Below, piece after piece: positions 7,232 to 9,315 of a stretch of DNA of 9,315 nucleotides; the stretch's first letter is position 1; every line of letters starts with the position of its first letter. The translations under genes and the position numbers were made by a program. Below the pieces are notes generated by a model that saw only the letters and a program-made list of their open reading frames with translations, made no database searches and was not told where the DNA came from. Source of the stretch: Octopus sinensis (Eukaryota); assembly GCF_006345805.1 (NCBI RefSeq), contig NW_021828020.1, positions 1 to 9,315 of the forward strand. The letters are read 5' to 3'.

Positions 7232-8404
7232 GGTAAAAATTGTTTTGCTTCGTCTTTAGTATAGCAGGATGATGCTGTATTAGTGAAATTATCGAATTTA
7301 CATTTTTGGTTCTTATTCCAAAAACCGTTTCATATCTTGCGATGAGAATTACATTGAGGCGATGGTCCTATGCTAATTCAAACTGCCGAAAGCTTTATAA
7401 ATCTAGAAAAGATTTATGGAATAATTGGTAGAAATTCGTTTAAGATCCACAGTTAATTTATTATTTGTTGTTTTATAAAAGCTTCAATACAGATATTAAT
7501 AATTTCTCTTCTATTTTATCCTACGATTTTAGGAAATTCAACGTCACTAAGCTTGTATTCTTCTTATCTTCCGACACACTGTATTCCTTAGCGTTTCTTA
7601 GAATTACGATATGAGATTAGCAGCGACCTATGCGATTATAACGAAAGCACCCTTTATTAAAGATTCCAAGCGTTTAAAGAAACTAAGAATTAAGAAACTA
7701 AGTTATATCATCAGAGTTTTCTAAAATTTATTGTCTTTATTATTACCGATAAATCACAGATGCCAGAAGCTGTTCTGTTGAAATATTAGGGTAAACATTG
7801 GCATGATCCCTTAACCATGTTATTCCAGCAACGTATCATACAACAAGAATATAATCCCTTGTATTTAAAACTGCATTAACCAAAGTAATTTAAAGGTAAT
7901 CTTTCTTTCGAAAACTCTAATGGATTGATCTAATGTTTAACCAGACGATAAAAGCATCTGTGATTTGCTTAAAACTGGATGTATTTCTTCCCGTATTTCG
8001 AAGCGTTCAAAAGAAAAGATAACTGAAATGAAATTCTCCACCAGTCTTACAAAGTTTGTGGGGTGTTTGAAAAAAGGAAACAATCTGCGACATTTAAAAT
8101 TCAATGGCTGATTCTCTGATTGCAGTTCCTTTTATACATGGTAGTTGTCGTTCAAATCCACAGCAAAGGTTTTGTTTAAGTGTAACATTATTGCTATTAT
8201 TTCAAGATTACAATGGTCTAATAAAAATACAGAATTGCTTGGTGACTGAAAATTTTAGTTCGTAATTGCCCACCTCTATACGATTAAATGAAGGAGTGAA
8301 ATCCAACAAAAGCTGAATAATTCAAAACATTTTTAATCTGATTTTCAAAAAATTATCATCATGGATAATTTATCGCTCTGTTATTGCAATTTACACAAAA
8401 ACTT

Positions 8405-8660
8405 AACGTAGTGAACTGGCAGGATGGTTAGCATGTTGGGCAAAATGCTTAGCGACATTTCGTTCATCTTTACGTTGTGGATTCAAATTCCGCCGAGGAT
8501 GACCTTGACTTTCATCTTTTCGGGGTCGATAAAATAAGCACCAGTAGATGAGTTCAAGTTCCGTAGAGGTAGACTTTGCCTTTTACCCTTACGGGACCGA
8601 TAAAATGAGTGTCAGATGAACATTGAGGTTGATGTAATCGAGTTATCTATTCTTCGTGCC
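8405..8660 (+). mobile_element. tRNA-derived SINE with a second B-box/body module in tandem
   Basis: A-box TGGCAGGATGG (8417-8427), AAATGCTTAGCG, B-box GGATTCAAATTCC (8479-8491), CGGGGTCGATAAAATAAG, then GAGTTCAAGTTCC (8550-8562)...GATAAAAT...GATGTAATCGA. Confidence 0.85.
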
Positions 8661-8744
8661 AAAATTTAAAAAAACCTTTACATAAATCCACGAACGGCAT
8701 AAATGAAATCTTTCAAATTATTTTCATACATCTTCATATACATT

Positions 8745-8840
8745 TGTGTATGTGTGTGTGGGCATGTGTGTGTGTGTGAGTGAGTGTATGTGTGTGGGTG
8801 TATGTGTGTGTGTGTGCATGTGTGTGTGAGTGTGTGTGCA
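8745..8840. repeat. (TG)n microsatellite
   Basis: Direct reading. Confidence 0.95.
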
Positions 8841-9164
8841 TTTAGATAGGTCATCATTTTGTTTACTATTCAAATCGCCTCCATTTTCATCTCAAATTTG
8901 ATTATATTATTAACAATGCTGATCTTAATATTTTTTCATGTCACCCAATCAGAATTCGTTACGATGTTTAAAAATATGCATTGTATTTGTTAAATATGAA
9001 CTTGAGGATATATATATATATATATATACTCTTTGTCTTATATTAAACTTTAATACTTTTTGATAGTTATACAATTAAAAAAAAAACTTAATTTGGAATT
9101 TTATATTTTATATTTTTTTATATATTTTTTAATTAATTTTATTTCTATGTTTGGCTTATGATTT

Positions 9165-9315
9165 TACTGTTTGATTTGCCTAACCGGGTTTTATCTCTAA
9201 TTTAAATTCTAATATATATATTATACTATAAAATTAGATTTAATCCTAAATCTAATTTTTCCCTGTAAGTTTGGATTTACTCCCTACTATATTATTATTA
9301 TTATATATATATATA
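9165..9315 (+). mobile_element. Diverged partial copy of the fold-back element's repeat family, running off the window edge (strand given as hammerhead-sense)
   Basis: The reverse complement TAGGGAGTAAATCCAAACTTACAGGGAAAAATTAGATTTAGGATTAAATCTAATTTTATAGTA aligns to 6837-6901 TAGGGAATATATCCAAATTTACAGGGAAAAAAAATCAGATTAGGATTAAATCCAATTTTATAGTA, next to (TA)n as in the left arm. Confidence 0.75.

Larger units (their letters stand above)
6725..7302. mobile_element. Fold-back (inverted-repeat) element carrying hammerhead motifs; probable Penelope-like pseudo-LTR or retrozyme derivative
   Basis: Outer arms 6725-6798 and 7228-7302, (TA)n in both arms, inner arms about 6911-7042 and 7056-7182, and a 13-nt spacer GGTGACTTCCAAT (7043-7055). 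The inverted repeat is seen directly; the family assignment is inferred from the hammerhead. Confidence 0.8.

Noticed and set aside
9000-9030. TTGAGGA upstream of the third family copy as a decayed hammerhead core
   Set aside because: Followed by (TA)n with no stem II, GAAA or stem I pairing.

Overview
AT-rich, microsatellite-dense eukaryotic DNA. The tRNA-derived SINEs and repeat style resemble an octopus (coleoid cephalopod) genome; this is inferred from recalled SINE consensus, not from a search. No complete gene is visible, and the long ORFs in the track are artefacts of simple repeats. The window holds three tRNA-type SINE copies, a ~1.28 kb 34-bp minisatellite, several weak minus-strand exon candidates and a ~578-bp fold-back element (6725-7302). 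The main finding is at the fold-back apex: a complete minimal type I hammerhead ribozyme on the minus strand (7004-7048) and a second copy truncated at its catalytic core on the plus strand. This layout resembles inverted pseudo-LTRs of Penelope-like elements or a non-autonomous retrozyme. A diverged relative of the same repeat family runs off the right edge of the window.
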